Origin: Anaeromyxobacter sp.
Lineage (GTDB): Bacteria > Myxococcota > Myxococcia > Myxococcales > Anaeromyxobacteraceae
Direction of reading: 5' to 3'
DNA length: 64,000 nucleotides
Assembly: GCA_049840735.1 (NCBI GenBank)
Contig: JASGJN010000007.1
Location: 96,001-160,000, forward strand
In this document: positions 10,171-21,428 of the stretch, in pieces
Layout of the letters: every line of letters starts with the position of its first letter
Numbering within the stretch: the stretch's first letter is position 1
The notes under the pieces: generated by a model
Seen by the model: the letters and a program-made list of their open reading frames with translations, nothing else
Databases searched by the model: none
What the model was told of the DNA's origin: nothing
Made by a program: the position numbers and the translations under genes

Positions 10171-13100
10171 TTACGCCGCTTTCTCTTCCGGCGCCACAGT
10201 TGAATCAGCCTTCCGGCTGGCATGGCGGCGCCGGAGGTTGTCGAGCAGGGAGTAAACCACCGGGACCACGAGGAGGGTCAGGACGGTCGAGGTCGCAAGT
10301 CCCCCGATAACGGCCCACCCCATGCCCGTCCGGACCTCGGCGCCGTCCCCCCTTGCGAGGGCCACCGGCAGCATGCCGGCGATCATGGCGATGGAGGTCA
10401 TGAGGATGGGGCGGAGCCGCAGGGGGCCGGCCTCCAGCAGCGCGTCGTGGGCGTTGCGGCCGTCCTCCCGCAGCTGGTTCGCGAACTCGACGATCAGGAT
10501 GCCGTTCTTGGCCACCAGGCCCATGAGCAGGATCACGCCGATCATGGCCATGATGGACAGGTACTCGTGGGCCAGCAGCAGGCCGCCGATGGCGCCGATG
10601 ATGGCCAGCGGCAGCGAGAGCATGATGGTGACCGGGTCGAGCAGGCTCTCGAACTGGGCCGCCAGGATCATGTAGAGCAGGACCAGGCCCAGCAGCAGCG
10701 CCTTCACGAACTCACTCTGCGTGCGCCCCAGCTCCTTGGCCTGGCCGGCGAAGTCCGCCTGGACGGTGGCCGGCAGCTTCCTGGCCTCGTCCACCAGGAA
10801 CTGGTTGGCCGGGCCGAGCGCCATGCCGCGCAGGTCGGCCAGCAGGGTCACCTGCCGCTTGAGCGACTGCCGGTCGATCTGCGACGGGCCGTCGGTCTCG
10901 ACCAGCGTGGCCACGCTGCGCAGCTCCACCAGGTCGCCCTTCGGCGTGCGGAGGGTGAGGGCGCCCAGCTGGTCGGGGTCGCCGCGCACGGCGTCCGGCA
11001 GCCGCAGCTTCACGTCGTACTGGTCGCCCTTCTCGCGGTACTTCACGAACTCGTCCTGCCCGAGGAAGGCGCGCAGCGTCTGGCCCAGGCTGGCGGCCGG
11101 CAGCCCCAGGGCGGCGGCGCGGTCGCGGTCGACCTTCACCGAGAGGAGGGGGCGCCCGGAGCGCGAGGTGGTGTCCACGTCGGCGAAGCCGGGGTTGGCC
11201 TTCATGGCGGCGACCACCTGGGCCACGGCGGCGTCCAGCGCGGCCGGGTCGTCGCTGCGGAGGTTGAACTGGACCGGCTGCGGCCGGGAGCCGCCGCCGG
11301 ACACGCCGGAGCGGTCGGCCACCGTCATGAGGGCGCCCGGGGGGACCCGCAGGTGCTCGCGGAGGTAGCGCTTCATGTCCTCCTGCTTGAAGGCGCGCTC
11401 CTTCACGGGCACCAGGTTGACGGTCAGGGCGGCCTTGTGGACGGCCTCGTCCACGCCGCCGCCCACCAGCGTGAAGACGCTCTTCACGCCGGGGACGGTC
11501 CGGAGCTGCGCGCCCAGCCCGTCGGCCTCGCGGAGGGTGTCCGCCAGCGGCGAGCCGAGCGGCATCTCGAAGGTGACCTGCAGCTCGGCCTGGTCCTGGG
11601 CCGGGATGAAGGTGGTCTGGAGGAACCTGCCCAGCCCCACGGTGCCCACCAGCACGCCGCCGGCCAGCGCCATGGTGGCCAGCCGGTGGTCGAGCGCCCA
11701 GCGCAGGGTGGTCCGGTAGAACCGCTCCACCGCCTGGAACCCGCGCTCGAAGCCGCGCCCCACCGCGCCCAGGCCGGGCACGTGGTGCGCCAGCAGGCGG
11801 GCGGAGAGCATGGGGGTGAGGGTCATGGAGACGGCGTAGGAGATGGCCACCGCCACCGCCACCGTGATGCCGAACTGGAAGAAGAAGCGCCCGACCATCC
11901 CCTCCATGAAGGCCACGGGGACGAACACGGCCACCACGGAGAGCGTCACCGCCAGCACGGCCAGGGCGATTTGGCTGGTGCCGGCCTGGGCCGCCCGGGC
12001 CGGGCTCTCGCCCTTCTCCAGGTGGCGGAAGACGTTCTCGATCACCACGATGGCGTCGTCGATCAGCAGGCCGATCGAGAGCGTCAGGGCCAGCATGGTG
12101 ATCATGTTGAAGGTGAAGCCCAGCGCGTGCATCAGCGCGAACGTGCCGACGATGGAGGTGGGCAGCGCCACCGCCGAGACCACCGTGGCGCGCCAGTCGC
12201 GCAGGAAGATCAGCACCACCAGCACGGCCAGGATGGCGCCGATGATGAGGTCGTGCTGCACCGACTCGATGGACCCGCGGATGAAGCGGGAGTTGTCGCT
12301 CACCAGCTCGAGCCTGGCCTGGTCGCCCAGCAGCTTCTGCAGCTCGGGCAGCTGCTCCTTGACCGCCTCGGCCACCGCCACGGTGTTGGCGTCGGACTGC
12401 TTCTTGATGACCACGGCCACCGCGCCCTTGCCGTCGAGCGTGGCCGCCGAGCGGGCCTCGGCCGGGCCGTCGACGACGCGGGCCACGTCCTTGACCCGGA
12501 TTCTGCTTGCCGCCCGGGCTGGCCACCACCAGCTCGCGCAGCTCGTCCACCGACTGCGCCTCGGTCTCGAGCTTGACCACCCGCTCGCGGCCGGGCTCCA
12601 GCGTGCGGCCGCCGGGCACGTTGATGCTCTGGGCGGCGATGGCCTGCGAGACGTCGGTCGCGGCCAGGCCGTAGGCGCGCAGCCGGACCGGATCGAGCTC
12701 GACGCTGATCTCGCGCTTGCGGCCGCCGACCACGTCCACCGTGCCCACGCCGGCGATGCGCTGCAGGGCCGGCTTGAGGTCGTCCTCGGCCACCGAGGTC
12801 AGGTCCTGGATGGGCATGTCGCCCACCAGCGCCAGCTGGACGATGGCCTGGGCCTGCAGGTCCAGCTTCTCGACCACCGGCGTCTCCACCTCCTCCGGCA
12901 GCTTGGAGAGGGTGGCCTGCACCTTGTCGCGGACGTCCTGGGCGGCCAGCTCCACCGGGTGCTCGAGCTTGAACTCCAGCACGACCACCGACACGGACTC
13001 GTAGTTGGACGAGCGGATGGTCTCCAGGCCGGAGAGCGTGTTGAGCGCCTCCTCCAGCGGCTTGGAGACGTTCTTCTCGACCGTGTCCGGGTCGGCGCCG

Positions 13101-13256
13101 GCCAGCACGGTGGTGACCGTGACCACCGGGAAGTCCACCCGGGGGAACTGGTCCACGCCGATTCTTGGGGAAGGCGTTGATGCCGAACACCACCACCGCG
13201 AGCATGAGCATGCTCGTGAAGATGGGGCGCTGGATGAAGGTGCGGATGGGGCTCAC
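10171..13256 (-). CDS. RND efflux permease, AcrB/AcrD/AcrF family (two apparent +1 frameshifts at ~13162 and ~12501)
   Basis: FIQRPIF..VDQFPRVDFPVVTV; GLLIDDAIVVIEN; KNGILIVEF; LRLRPILMT. Length 3n+2; removing one base at each GATTC site gives a ~1027-aa ORF. Confidence 0.9.
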
Positions 13257-13287
13257 GGAGCTGTTCCTCGCGGGCGGGGTGGGCGGG

Positions 13288-14391
13288 TCACTGCAGGACG
13301 CGGACGTGGGCGCCGTCGGTCAGCTGGGCGCCGGCCTCCGCCACCACCAGATCCTCGGGGCCGACGCCGGTCAGGACGCGGACCGTGCCCGGGCCGAGCT
13401 TCTCGACCTGCACCGGCCGCCGGTGCGCCGTGTCGGCCGCGACCACCCACACGAAGGCCTCGCTCCCCTCGTGCTGCACCACGCCGGCCGGCAGGAAGAC
13501 GCCGGCGGGCGCGGACGGCTGGCGCGCCAGGGCCACCTGCACGATGGCGCCGGTGCGCAGCTCCTTCATCGGGCCCACCGGGTCGGCGCGCACGTCCACG
13601 GTGCGGGTGCCGGCCTCGACCGCGGAGCCGATGGAGCGGATCCGGGCCTGGAGCGGCTTGCCGGACGGGCTGACGGTCACGTCCAGCAGGGCGCCGGGGG
13701 CGAGCAGGTCCGCCACCGCCTCGGGCACCGGCACGCGGACCTCCAGCGTGGAGAGATTGACCATGGAGAGCACGGGGGTGGGCGGCATCATGGCCACGTA
13801 CTCGCCGGCGCTCTTCAGCCGGCCGGTGATCACGCCGGAGAAGGGGGCGCGGATCTCCTGCTTGCGCAGGTTGTCCTCGGCGGACGCCAGCCCCGCGTCG
13901 GCCTGCTCCAGCGCGGCCGCGGCGCGGGCCTCGGCCAGCTGCGCGTTCTCCAGGCTGGCGGGGGACGTCGCGTCCTCCCGCGCCAGCGCCTGGGCGCGCT
14001 TCAGGTCGGCGGCGGCCTGCCGGTGGGCGGCGTCGGCGGCGGCGCGCGCGGCGCGGGCCTGCTGCACGCCGATGCGGGCAGCGCGCTCGTCCTGGACGAC
14101 CAGCACCTGCCCGGCCTTCACCACCGAGCCCACGTCCACCAGGATCCGGTCGATGCGGCCGGAGGCCTCGGCGGAGAGGGTGGCCTCGTGGCGGGCCCGG
14201 ATCTCCCCGGTGGCGCGCACCACGGCGCCGGCCTCGGCCTGGGGCCGCTGGGCCTTGACGGAGACGGCGGCGGCGACGGCGGCGCCATCCGCCGGGGCGG
14301 TGGGCAGCTGGGCCTTGCCGGAGCCGTTGCAGGCGGCCAGGGCGGCGACGGCGGCGAGGGGGAGGAGGCGGCGGCTGGGGCTGGGGATCAT
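13288..14391 (-). CDS. RND periplasmic adaptor (membrane fusion protein), lipoprotein
   Basis: Lipobox LAAC; SGRIDRILVDVGSVVKAGQVL, IRAPFSGVI, TRTVDVR. Confidence 0.92.
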   Translation of the reverse strand: MIPSPSRRLLPLAAVAALAACNGSGKAQLPTAPADGAAVAAAVSVKAQRPQAEAGAVVRATGEIRARHEATLSAEASGRIDRILVDVGSVVKAGQVLVVQDERAARIGVQQARAARAAADAAHRQAAADLKRAQALAREDATSPASLENAQLAEARAAAALEQADAGLASAEDNLRKQEIRAPFSGVITGRLKSAGEYVAMMPPTPVLSMVNLSTLEVRVPVPEAVADLLAPGALLDVTVSPSGKPLQARIRSIGSAVEAGTRTVDVRADPVGPMKELRTGAIVQVALARQPSAPAGVFLPAGVVQHEGSEAFVWVVAADTAHRRPVQVEKLGPGTVRVLTGVGPEDLVVAEAGAQLTDGAHVRVLQ

Positions 14392-14435
14392 GTCGTGCTC
14401 CGGGTGAGGCGGGACGCGCGGCGGGGCCGGCGGGT

Positions 14436-15041
14436 TCAGGTGGCGGCGGGGCGGCCGGCGCCCCGCAGGAAGAGGTCGACGAGGTGGGCGGCGTGGGCGG
14501 CCGGATCGAGCGGCGCCTTACCCAGGAGCCAGGGGATGATCAGGGCGTTGGAGAGGCCGAACAGCACCAGCGCGGCCTCCTCCGACGGCAGGCGCAGCTC
14601 GTCGCCGGCGTGCTCGGTGATGAACTTGGCGCTCCGCTCCAGGAAGCGGGCCGGGCCGCCGCGGGCGGCGCGCACGCGGGGAGGGCCCATGTCGAAGATC
14701 ACCCGCAGCGCGTCCTTGTGCTCGAGCAGCAGGACGAAGACGCGCTGGCTCACCAGCTCCAGCCGCTGCGGGAAGGTGAGGCCGGCCGGGACGCGCAGGT
14801 CCCAGGCCTCGAGGATGCGCCCCTCCATCTCCTCGCAGAGGCCGGTGTAGATGGCCTCCTTGCTGTCGAAGTAGGTGTAGAGCGAGGCGGCCGTGAACCC
14901 CGCCTCGCGGGCGATGGCCTGCATGGTGGCGGCGTGGTAGCCGCCGTCGGCGAACACCCGCGCGGCGGCCTCCAGGATGTCCTGGCGGGTCCGCTCGATC
15001 TCGCGGGCGCGGCGGTGGTCGCGTGGGGAGGCGTTCGGCAC
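14436..15041 (-). CDS. TetR/AcrR family transcriptional regulator
   Basis: ILEAAARVFADGGYHAATMQAIAREAGFTAASLYTYFDSKEAIY helix-turn-helix. Confidence 0.92.
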   Translation of the reverse strand: MPNASPRDHRRAREIERTRQDILEAAARVFADGGYHAATMQAIAREAGFTAASLYTYFDSKEAIYTGLCEEMEGRILEAWDLRVPAGLTFPQRLELVSQRVFVLLLEHKDALRVIFDMGPPRVRAARGGPARFLERSAKFITEHAGDELRLPSEEAALVLFGLSNALIIPWLLGKAPLDPAAHAAHLVDLFLRGAGRPAAT

Positions 15042-15048
15042 GGAACGC

Positions 15049-15099
15049 GGTGTATCGCCCGCCGACTAAAAGGTCAAGTCCACCGAATGGCTATTCGGT
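15049..15099 (-). promoter_or_regulatory. Putative promoter and TetR operator of the efflux operon
   Basis: Inverted repeat ACCGAAT-GGCT-ATTCGGT (15082-15099) next to a minus-strand TTGACC (15077-15072), with a weak -10 (TACACC) 17 bp downstream. Confidence 0.55.
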
Positions 15100-15175
15100 C
15101 TTGTCTGGTAAAAATGCGCCGCGATTGAAGAAATCGCGGCGCACGGGTGTGGCGTGATGTGGGCCCGGACCGGCG

Positions 15176-16591
15176 CTAGGCCTGCTTGATCTCGTGCACC
15201 AGCTTGGCGAGCGAGGCCTTGGCGTCCCCGAAGAGCATGGCCGTGTTCTCGGAGTAGAAGAGCTCGTTCTCGATCCCGGCGAAGCCCGGGTTCATGGAGC
15301 GCTTCATCACGATCACCTGCTTGGCCTCGTCCACGTTGAGGATGGGCATCCCGTAGATGGGCGAGGACTCGTCGCTGCGCGCGGCCGGGTTGACGACGTC
15401 GTTCGCGCCGATGACCAGGGCCACGTCGGCGTTCTTGAAGTCGTCGTTGATCTCCTCCATCTCCTTGAGCTTGTCGTAGGGGATGTCGGCCTCGGCCAGC
15501 AGCACGTTCATGTGGCCGGGCATGCGGCCCGCCACCGGGTGGATGGCGTAGCGGACGTTGCCGCCGTTCTTCTCGATCAGGTTGGCGAGCTCGCGCACCT
15601 GGTGCTGCGCCTGCGCCACCGCCATGCCGTAGCCCGGCACCACGATCACCTCGCGGGCCCAGGCCAGCTGGATGGCCGCGTCCTCCGGCGTGATGGCCTT
15701 CACCGTCAGGCCGGTCGCGGTCTTCTCCGAGGCCTTGGGGGCCGCGCCGAAGGCGCCGAAGAGGACGTTGGTGAAGGACCGGTTCATGGCCTTCGACATG
15801 ATGATCGAGAGGATGAAGCCGGAGGCGCCGTCCAGCGCGCCGGCGATGATGAGCACGTTGTTGCCGATGGCGAAGCCGGTCGCGGAGGCGGCCAGGCCGG
15901 CGTAGCTGTTGAGCAGCGAGATCACCACCGGCATGTCGGCGCCGCCGATGGGGAGCACCAGCGAGACGCCGAACACCAGCGCCAGCGCCACCATGGCGTA
16001 GAAGGCGACCGGGTTGGCCGGGTCCACCAGCAGCCAGCCGAAGAGCCCCGCGGCGGCCAGGAACATGCCGATGGAGACGTAGTTCTGGCCGCGGAAGGTC
16101 ACCGGGCGGCCGGGCAGGATCTCCTGCAGCTTGCCGAAGGCCATGAAGGAGCCGGTGATGGTCAGGGCGCCGAAGAGCACCTCGAAGCCGATGGCGCCCA
16201 TGACCGGGCGGGTGAGCTCCTGGTGCTCGTACAGGTGGCCCCACTCGGCCACGCCCACCAGCGTGGCGGCGATGGCGCCGAACATGTGCGAGATGGCGAT
16301 CCGCTGCGGCATCGCCGTCATGGGCACGTAGACGCCCAGCGGGTAGCCGGCCACGGTGCCGACCACCAGGCCGCCGATGATCCACCCGTAGTGCATGTTG
16401 GCCTGGGTGAGCGTGCCCACCACGGCGAAGAGCATGCCCAGGGCGGCCAGCTGCATGCCGCGCCGCGCCTGGTCCGGGATGGTCAGCGAGCGGAGGCCCA
16501 GGATGAAGAGGATCGAGGCCAGCAGGTAGGCGGCCTGGGTCAGGTAGAGGTTCAGGTTGGCGGCCGGGGCGGCCAGCTCGGCGGCGTTCAC
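15176..16591 (-). CDS. pntB: NAD(P) transhydrogenase beta subunit
   Basis: MTAMPQ, GGADMPVVISLLNSY, VPGYGMAVAQAQH, HPVAGRMPGHMNVLLAEA, GANDVVNP. Confidence 0.96.
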   Translation of the reverse strand: MNAAELAAPAANLNLYLTQAAYLLASILFILGLRSLTIPDQARRGMQLAALGMLFAVVGTLTQANMHYGWIIGGLVVGTVAGYPLGVYVPMTAMPQRIAISHMFGAIAATLVGVAEWGHLYEHQELTRPVMGAIGFEVLFGALTITGSFMAFGKLQEILPGRPVTFRGQNYVSIGMFLAAAGLFGWLLVDPANPVAFYAMVALALVFGVSLVLPIGGADMPVVISLLNSYAGLAASATGFAIGNNVLIIAGALDGASGFILSIIMSKAMNRSFTNVLFGAFGAAPKASEKTATGLTVKAITPEDAAIQLAWAREVIVVPGYGMAVAQAQHQVRELANLIEKNGGNVRYAIHPVAGRMPGHMNVLLAEADIPYDKLKEMEEINDDFKNADVALVIGANDVVNPAARSDESSPIYGMPILNVDEAKQVIVMKRSMNPGFAGIENELFYSENTAMLFGDAKASLAKLVHEIKQA

Positions 16592-16893
16592 TTGTCACCC
16601 CCGGTCTTCCTCGGTGCGTGCTTGAACATCTTGAGCATGCGGTCGGTGATGATGAAGCCGCCCACCACGTTGAGCGTGGCGCTGGCGACCGCCACCGCGC
16701 CGAGCGCGTTGGCGAGCGTGCTGTACTGGTCGCCGCCGGCCAGCGCCAGGGCGCCGACCACCGAGATGGCGCTGATGGCGTTGGTGGCGCTCATGAGCGG
16801 CGTGTGGAGCAGCGCCGGCACGCGGGTGATGGTGAAGAAGCCGACGAAGCCGGCCAGGATGAAGACGTAGATCTGGATGAGCTGGATCGACAT
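16588..16893 (-). CDS. pntAb: NAD(P) transhydrogenase alpha subunit, part 2 (membrane)
   Basis: ATG 16893; VPALLHTPLMSATNAIS..NVVGGF.ITDRMLKMF; overlaps the pntB start. Confidence 0.88.
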   Translation of the reverse strand: MSIQLIQIYVFILAGFVGFFTITRVPALLHTPLMSATNAISAISVVGALALAGGDQYSTLANALGAVAVASATLNVVGGFIITDRMLKMFKHAPRKTGGDK

Positions 16894-16895
16894 GG

Positions 16896-17997
16896 CTAGA
16901 GCCGGACCTTCCCGCCGTGGACCACCAGCATGGCGCCGGCGATCTCCTCCGCCGGGATCGAGGGAGAGGACGCCTTCCTTGCCGCCCAGGTGCGTGAGCA
17001 GCGTGACGATGTTGCGGCCGTACATCTGGCTGGCGTGGAAGGGGAGGGTGGAGGGGAGGTTCGTCACGCCCAGGATGGAGACGCCGTGCTCCACCACCGT
17101 CTCCCCGGCGCGCGTCAGCTCGCAGTTGCCGCCGGTCTCGGCGGCCAGGTCCACGATGACCGAGCCGGGCCGCATGGCGCGGACCATCTCGGCGGTGATG
17201 AGCCGCGGCGCGGCCCGCCCCGGGATGGCGGCGGTGGTGATGACCAGGTCCTGGTCCTTGATGTGGCCGGCGATGGTGGCCAGCACGCGGGCCTGCTCGT
17301 CCTGGCCGAGCTCGCGGGCGTAGCCGCCGCTGCCCTCGGCCGCGACGGCCGGGACCTCGAGGAAGGCGGCGCCCAGCGACTGGCACTGCTCCTTGACCAC
17401 CGGGCGGACGTCGAAGGCCGAGACCACCGCGCCCAGGCGGCGGGCGGTGGCGATGGCCTGCAGGCCGGCCACGCCGGCGCCGATGATGAAGGCCTTGGCC
17501 GGCGCCAGCGTGCCGGCGGCGGTGGTCATCATGGGCAGGATGCGGGGCAGCGCGCCGGCGCCGAGCAGGACGGCCCGGTAGCCGGCCAGCGTGGCCTGCG
17601 AGGAGAGCGCGTCCATCGACTGGGCGCGGGTGGTGCGGGGCACCTTCTCCATGGCCATGGCGTGCACGCCGCGGCCGGCCAGCTGGTCCAGGAGCGGGCG
17701 GGCGCCGTGGGGCGCGAGCAGCGCCACCAGCACCGCGCCGGCCGGCAGCGCCTGGGCCTGGGCCTCGGAGGGGCGCTGGACCATGGCCACCACCTCGGCG
17801 CCGTCCAGCGCCTCGGCCGCGCCGGTCACGGTGGCGCCGGCGGCCTGGTAGGCCTCGTCGCTGAAGCCCGCGGCCGCTCCCGCGCCGCGCTCCACCCTGA
17901 CCTCGTTCTTCGCCTTGCTCAGCCTGGCGACGTTCTCGGGGACGAGCGCGACCCGGCGCTCTCCCACCGCTGCCTCTTTCAGGACCGCGATGCGCAT
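16896..17997 (-). CDS. pntAa: NAD(P) transhydrogenase alpha subunit, part 1 (apparent +1 frameshift at ~16955)
   Basis: ERRVALVP, RAQSMDALSSQ, GAGVAGLQAIATA, DLAAETGGNC. The natural C-terminus EEIAGAMLVVHGGKVRL* lies in the shifted frame ending at TAG 16896. Confidence 0.88.
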
Positions 17998-18324
17998 GTC
18001 TGGTTGCCCTCGGGCTTTGGGGCGTACCTTTGCGCGGCCGGAAGGCATAGGCCCCCGCGGGGGCGATCGGTAATATCCCGGAGGCGCGGGGGGGCCCTTC
18101 GCGCATCACCAGTGGCCCAGGGTCGCAGCCCCGCCACGCCGATATCGCGGTCCGCGCGGTGCGGAGGCGCGGAGTTCACCGTGCGTCAGCGCGGCGCGCG
18201 GGGGCGGCGGCCCGGGCGGCGGTCGCTCGAAACGGCAGCAAACCCCGAAGGTTGCCTCGGCGTCGGGCGGCGTTCCTGCGGGCGCGGACCGGCCGCCTGC
18301 GGCGTCCGAGCGCCGGGGTGCGGC

Positions 18325-18744
18325 TCAGCGCCCCTCGATGTACGTCTGCAGCTGCTCGATGACGAACTGCTTCTCGTCGAGCATGAGCTGGATGATGTCG
18401 CGCATCGAGACCACGCCGATCACCCGGCCGTCCTCCTCCACCAGGAGGTGCCGGGTGGTGTGATCGCGCATCAGCGCGGCCGTCTCCGCCTCGGTGGCGT
18501 CGGGGCGGACGCGCGGGAGGCCCGGACGCATGGCCTCGCGGATGGGCAGGCCCGCGTCCGCGCCGCGCGCCAGGACGGTCAGGACCAGGTCGCGCTCGGT
18601 CACCAGGCCGACGATGCCCCCTGCGTCGCGCACGGCCACCGAGCCGATGTGGTGCTCCGCCATGAGCCGCGCCGCCTCGCGCACCGGCGTGGCCGCGTCC
18701 AGCGCCACGATCTGACGCGTGACCTGCCTCTCGATCGCCGCCAT
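18325..18744 (-). CDS. CBS domain pair protein
   Basis: GGAGG SD; EAARLMAEHHIGSVAV..VGLVTERDL; RHLLVEEDGRVIGVVSMRDI. Confidence 0.88.
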   Translation of the reverse strand: MAAIERQVTRQIVALDAATPVREAARLMAEHHIGSVAVRDAGGIVGLVTERDLVLTVLARGADAGLPIREAMRPGLPRVRPDATEAETAALMRDHTTRHLLVEEDGRVIGVVSMRDIIQLMLDEKQFVIEQLQTYIEGR

Positions 18745-18854
18745 CGTCCACCTCCCGGAAGATCCGATTTCACCGCTCGCGAACGGGGGCCGCCGGGCCG
18801 AGGCGGGGCAGGACCCGACGAGGACGCCTGGCGCGCCGCGTCCAGCGCGGCGAG

Positions 18855-19394
18855 TCAGAGGGCGTCGCGGTGGACCTGCCAGACGCCCAGGCGGATGCCG
18901 CGGTAGGCGTCGACGCAGGAGGCGGGCGCGTCCGGCCGGTCCCAGACGAACGGGGCGAAGCGCGGATCGACGCCGTCCCAGGCCGGGTTGGCGTGCATCG
19001 GGTCGCCCAGCTCGTAGTGGCCCAGCTCGTGGAGGAGCTCGGCCGCCTCGAAGCAGTCGCGGGCCTCCGCGGGGACCAGCACCGAGAGCGTGTGGTTGGG
19101 GTAGTCGGTGCAGCCGTCGTTCCGGGTGGAGAGGTAGCAGACGTAGTCGGCCGAGTCGCGGTAGAGGACGCGCCAGCCGGAGAGGTCGTGCAGGTTCCAG
19201 TAGCCCATCTCCAGGTCGAGGATCCGGTCCACCCTGACCTTGGCCGCGGCCAGGTCGGGCGGGTCGGTCTCGAACTCGATGCAGGCGCCGTGGCTGTCGA
19301 AGTCGCACCGCCAGGGATCGCAGCCGCAGAGGAGCCAGCCGGCGGCCAGCGCCGCCCACCCCGCCCATCGCTTCCTCGCCCACCCCCAGGCCAC
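18855..19394 (-). CDS. Cys-rich putative lipoprotein with HExxH motif (start uncertain)
   Basis: Hydrophobic stretch ending LLCGC; ELLHELGHYELG..H; high-GC3 codon usage in this frame. Confidence 0.55.
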   Translation of the reverse strand: MAWGWARKRWAGWAALAAGWLLCGCDPWRCDFDSHGACIEFETDPPDLAAAKVRVDRILDLEMGYWNLHDLSGWRVLYRDSADYVCYLSTRNDGCTDYPNHTLSVLVPAEARDCFEAAELLHELGHYELGDPMHANPAWDGVDPRFAPFVWDRPDAPASCVDAYRGIRLGVWQVHRDAL

Positions 19395-19568
19395 TGCGTC
19401 GTAAGCTAGGCCGTCCCCGGCGCCGCGGTACGCCCCCGCGCCCGGCCGGACCCGCCGGAGCCGCACGGCCCCCTGCCCGCCCAGGGGGTCGCGCGGGCCG
19501 TGGGCGCTTCGGCGCTTGCGGAGCGCCGCCGGGGGCTCAAGAGTGGGGCTTCGAGAAGGGAGCACGTC

Positions 19569-21227
19569 GTGCCGGTCCCGCAGCGCAGGCGAGCCGTCGA
19601 TCCGACCTGGTTCAAGGACGCCATCATCTACGAGACGCACGTCCGGTCGTTCTACGACTCCAACGCGGACGGGATGGGCGACCTGCGCGGGCTGGTGGAG
19701 AAGCTCGACTACCTGCAGGAGCTGGGCGTCACGTGCGTGTGGCTCCTGCCGTGCTTCCCGTCGCCGCTCAAGGACGACGGCTACGACATCGCCGACTACC
19801 GCGGCATCCACCCCGACTACGGCGCGGTGGAGGACTTCCGCCAGCTGGTCGAGGCCGCCCACGCGCGCGGGCTGCGGGTGGTGATCGAGCTCGTGATCAA
19901 CCACACCAGCGACCAGCACCCCTGGTTCCAGCGGGCCCGGCGGGCACCGCCCGGGTCGCCCGAGCGCGCCTACTACGTGTGGAGCGACACCGACCAGCGC
20001 TACCAGGACGCGCGGATCATCTTCACCGACACCGAGAAGTCGAACTGGACCTGGGATCCGGAGGCCAAGCAGTACTACTGGCACCGCTTCTTCTCGCACC
20101 AGCCCGACCTGAACTTCGAGAACCCCAAGGTGCTCGAGGAGGTGCTGGACGTCCTGCGGCACTGGGCGGAGATGGGCGTGGACGGCTTCCGGCTCGACGC
20201 CGTGCCGTACCTGGTGGAGGAGGACGGGACCAACTGCGAGAACCTGGCCGCCACGCACGACGTGATCCGGCGCATCCGGCGGTACATGGACGACCACTTC
20301 CCCGGGCGGATGCTGCTGGCCGAGGCCAACCAGTGGCCCGAGGACGTGCGGCCGTACTTCGGCGCGGGGGACGAGTGCCACATGGCGTTCCACTTCCCGC
20401 TCATGCCGCGCATCTTCATGGCGCTGCGGCTGGAGGACGTGGAGCCGATCGTGGAGATCATGCAGCGCACGCCGGCCATCCCCGAGACGTGCCAGTGGGC
20501 GCTGTTCCTGCGGAACCACGACGAGCTCACGCTGGAGATGGTGACCGCCGACGAGCGGGACTACATGTACCTGGCGTACAGCCAGGACCCGCGGATGAAG
20601 ATCAACGTGGGGATCCGGCGGCGGCTGGCGCCGCTGGTGGACAACAGCCGGCGGCGGATGGAGCTGCTCAACTCGCTGCTGTTCTCGTTCCCCGGGACGC
20701 CGGTCGTGTACTACGGCGACGAGATCGGCATGGGGGACAACATCTACCTGCACGACCGGAACGGCGTGCGGACCCCGATGCAGTGGAGCCCGGACCGGAA
20801 CGCCGGGTTCTCGCGGGCCGACCCCGGGCGGCTCTACTCCGCGCCCATCTCGGACGCCGTCTACGGCTACCAGGCCGTGAACGTGGAGGCGCAGCTGAGG
20901 GACCCGTCCTCGCTGCTGCACTGGATGCGCAACACCATCGCGCTACGGAAGCTCTTCAAGGCGTTCGGCCGCGGGAGCATGGGCTTCCTGCCCGTCCCGA
21001 ACCGGAAGGTGCTGGCGTACGTGCGGCGGTACGAGGAGGAGCTGATCCTGTGCGTGGCGAACGTCTCGCGCTTCGCGCAGCCCGCCGAGCTGGACCTTTC
21101 CGAGTTCGAGGGGTACGTGCCGGTGGAGATCCTCGGCTACACCGAGTTCCCCCGCGTCGAGAAGCGGCCCTACTTCCTGACCCTGGCCCCGTACGGCTTC
21201 TACTGGTTCGAGCTGCGGAAGCCGTAG
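19569..21227 (+). CDS. treS: Trehalose synthase (maltose alpha-D-glucosyltransferase), GH13
   Basis: [66 protein letters not shown]; no maltokinase fusion. Confidence 0.95.
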   Translation: MPVPQRRRAVDPTWFKDAIIYETHVRSFYDSNADGMGDLRGLVEKLDYLQELGVTCVWLLPCFPSPLKDDGYDIADYRGIHPDYGAVEDFRQLVEAAHARGLRVVIELVINHTSDQHPWFQRARRAPPGSPERAYYVWSDTDQRYQDARIIFTDTEKSNWTWDPEAKQYYWHRFFSHQPDLNFENPKVLEEVLDVLRHWAEMGVDGFRLDAVPYLVEEDGTNCENLAATHDVIRRIRRYMDDHFPGRMLLAEANQWPEDVRPYFGAGDECHMAFHFPLMPRIFMALRLEDVEPIVEIMQRTPAIPETCQWALFLRNHDELTLEMVTADERDYMYLAYSQDPRMKINVGIRRRLAPLVDNSRRRMELLNSLLFSFPGTPVVYYGDEIGMGDNIYLHDRNGVRTPMQWSPDRNAGFSRADPGRLYSAPISDAVYGYQAVNVEAQLRDPSSLLHWMRNTIALRKLFKAFGRGSMGFLPVPNRKVLAYVRRYEEELILCVANVSRFAQPAELDLSEFEGYVPVEILGYTEFPRVEKRPYFLTLAPYGFYWFELRKP

Positions 21228-21428
21228 CGCAGCGGCGCCCTCGCGAGCGCACCCGCGCCCACCCCGCCCCCGGGCTCCCGGGCGCCCGCGCCCTACATCC
21301 GCGGTCCCCGGACCACAGCGGCCCTGGTCCGCGCGGCGCGCCGCCGCGTGAGCCGGGGCGTCCTCCCATGCGATCGTTCCCGGCCAGCGGGGCCCCCGTC
21401 CCGCGCCCCACGCCCCACCGGAGAACGC

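Noticed and set aside
16588..18048. Single fused PntA ORF in the track
   Set aside because: An extra base beside GATC (~16955) creates it. The conserved PntAa end and stop (16896) and a separate PntAb start (16893) are visible.
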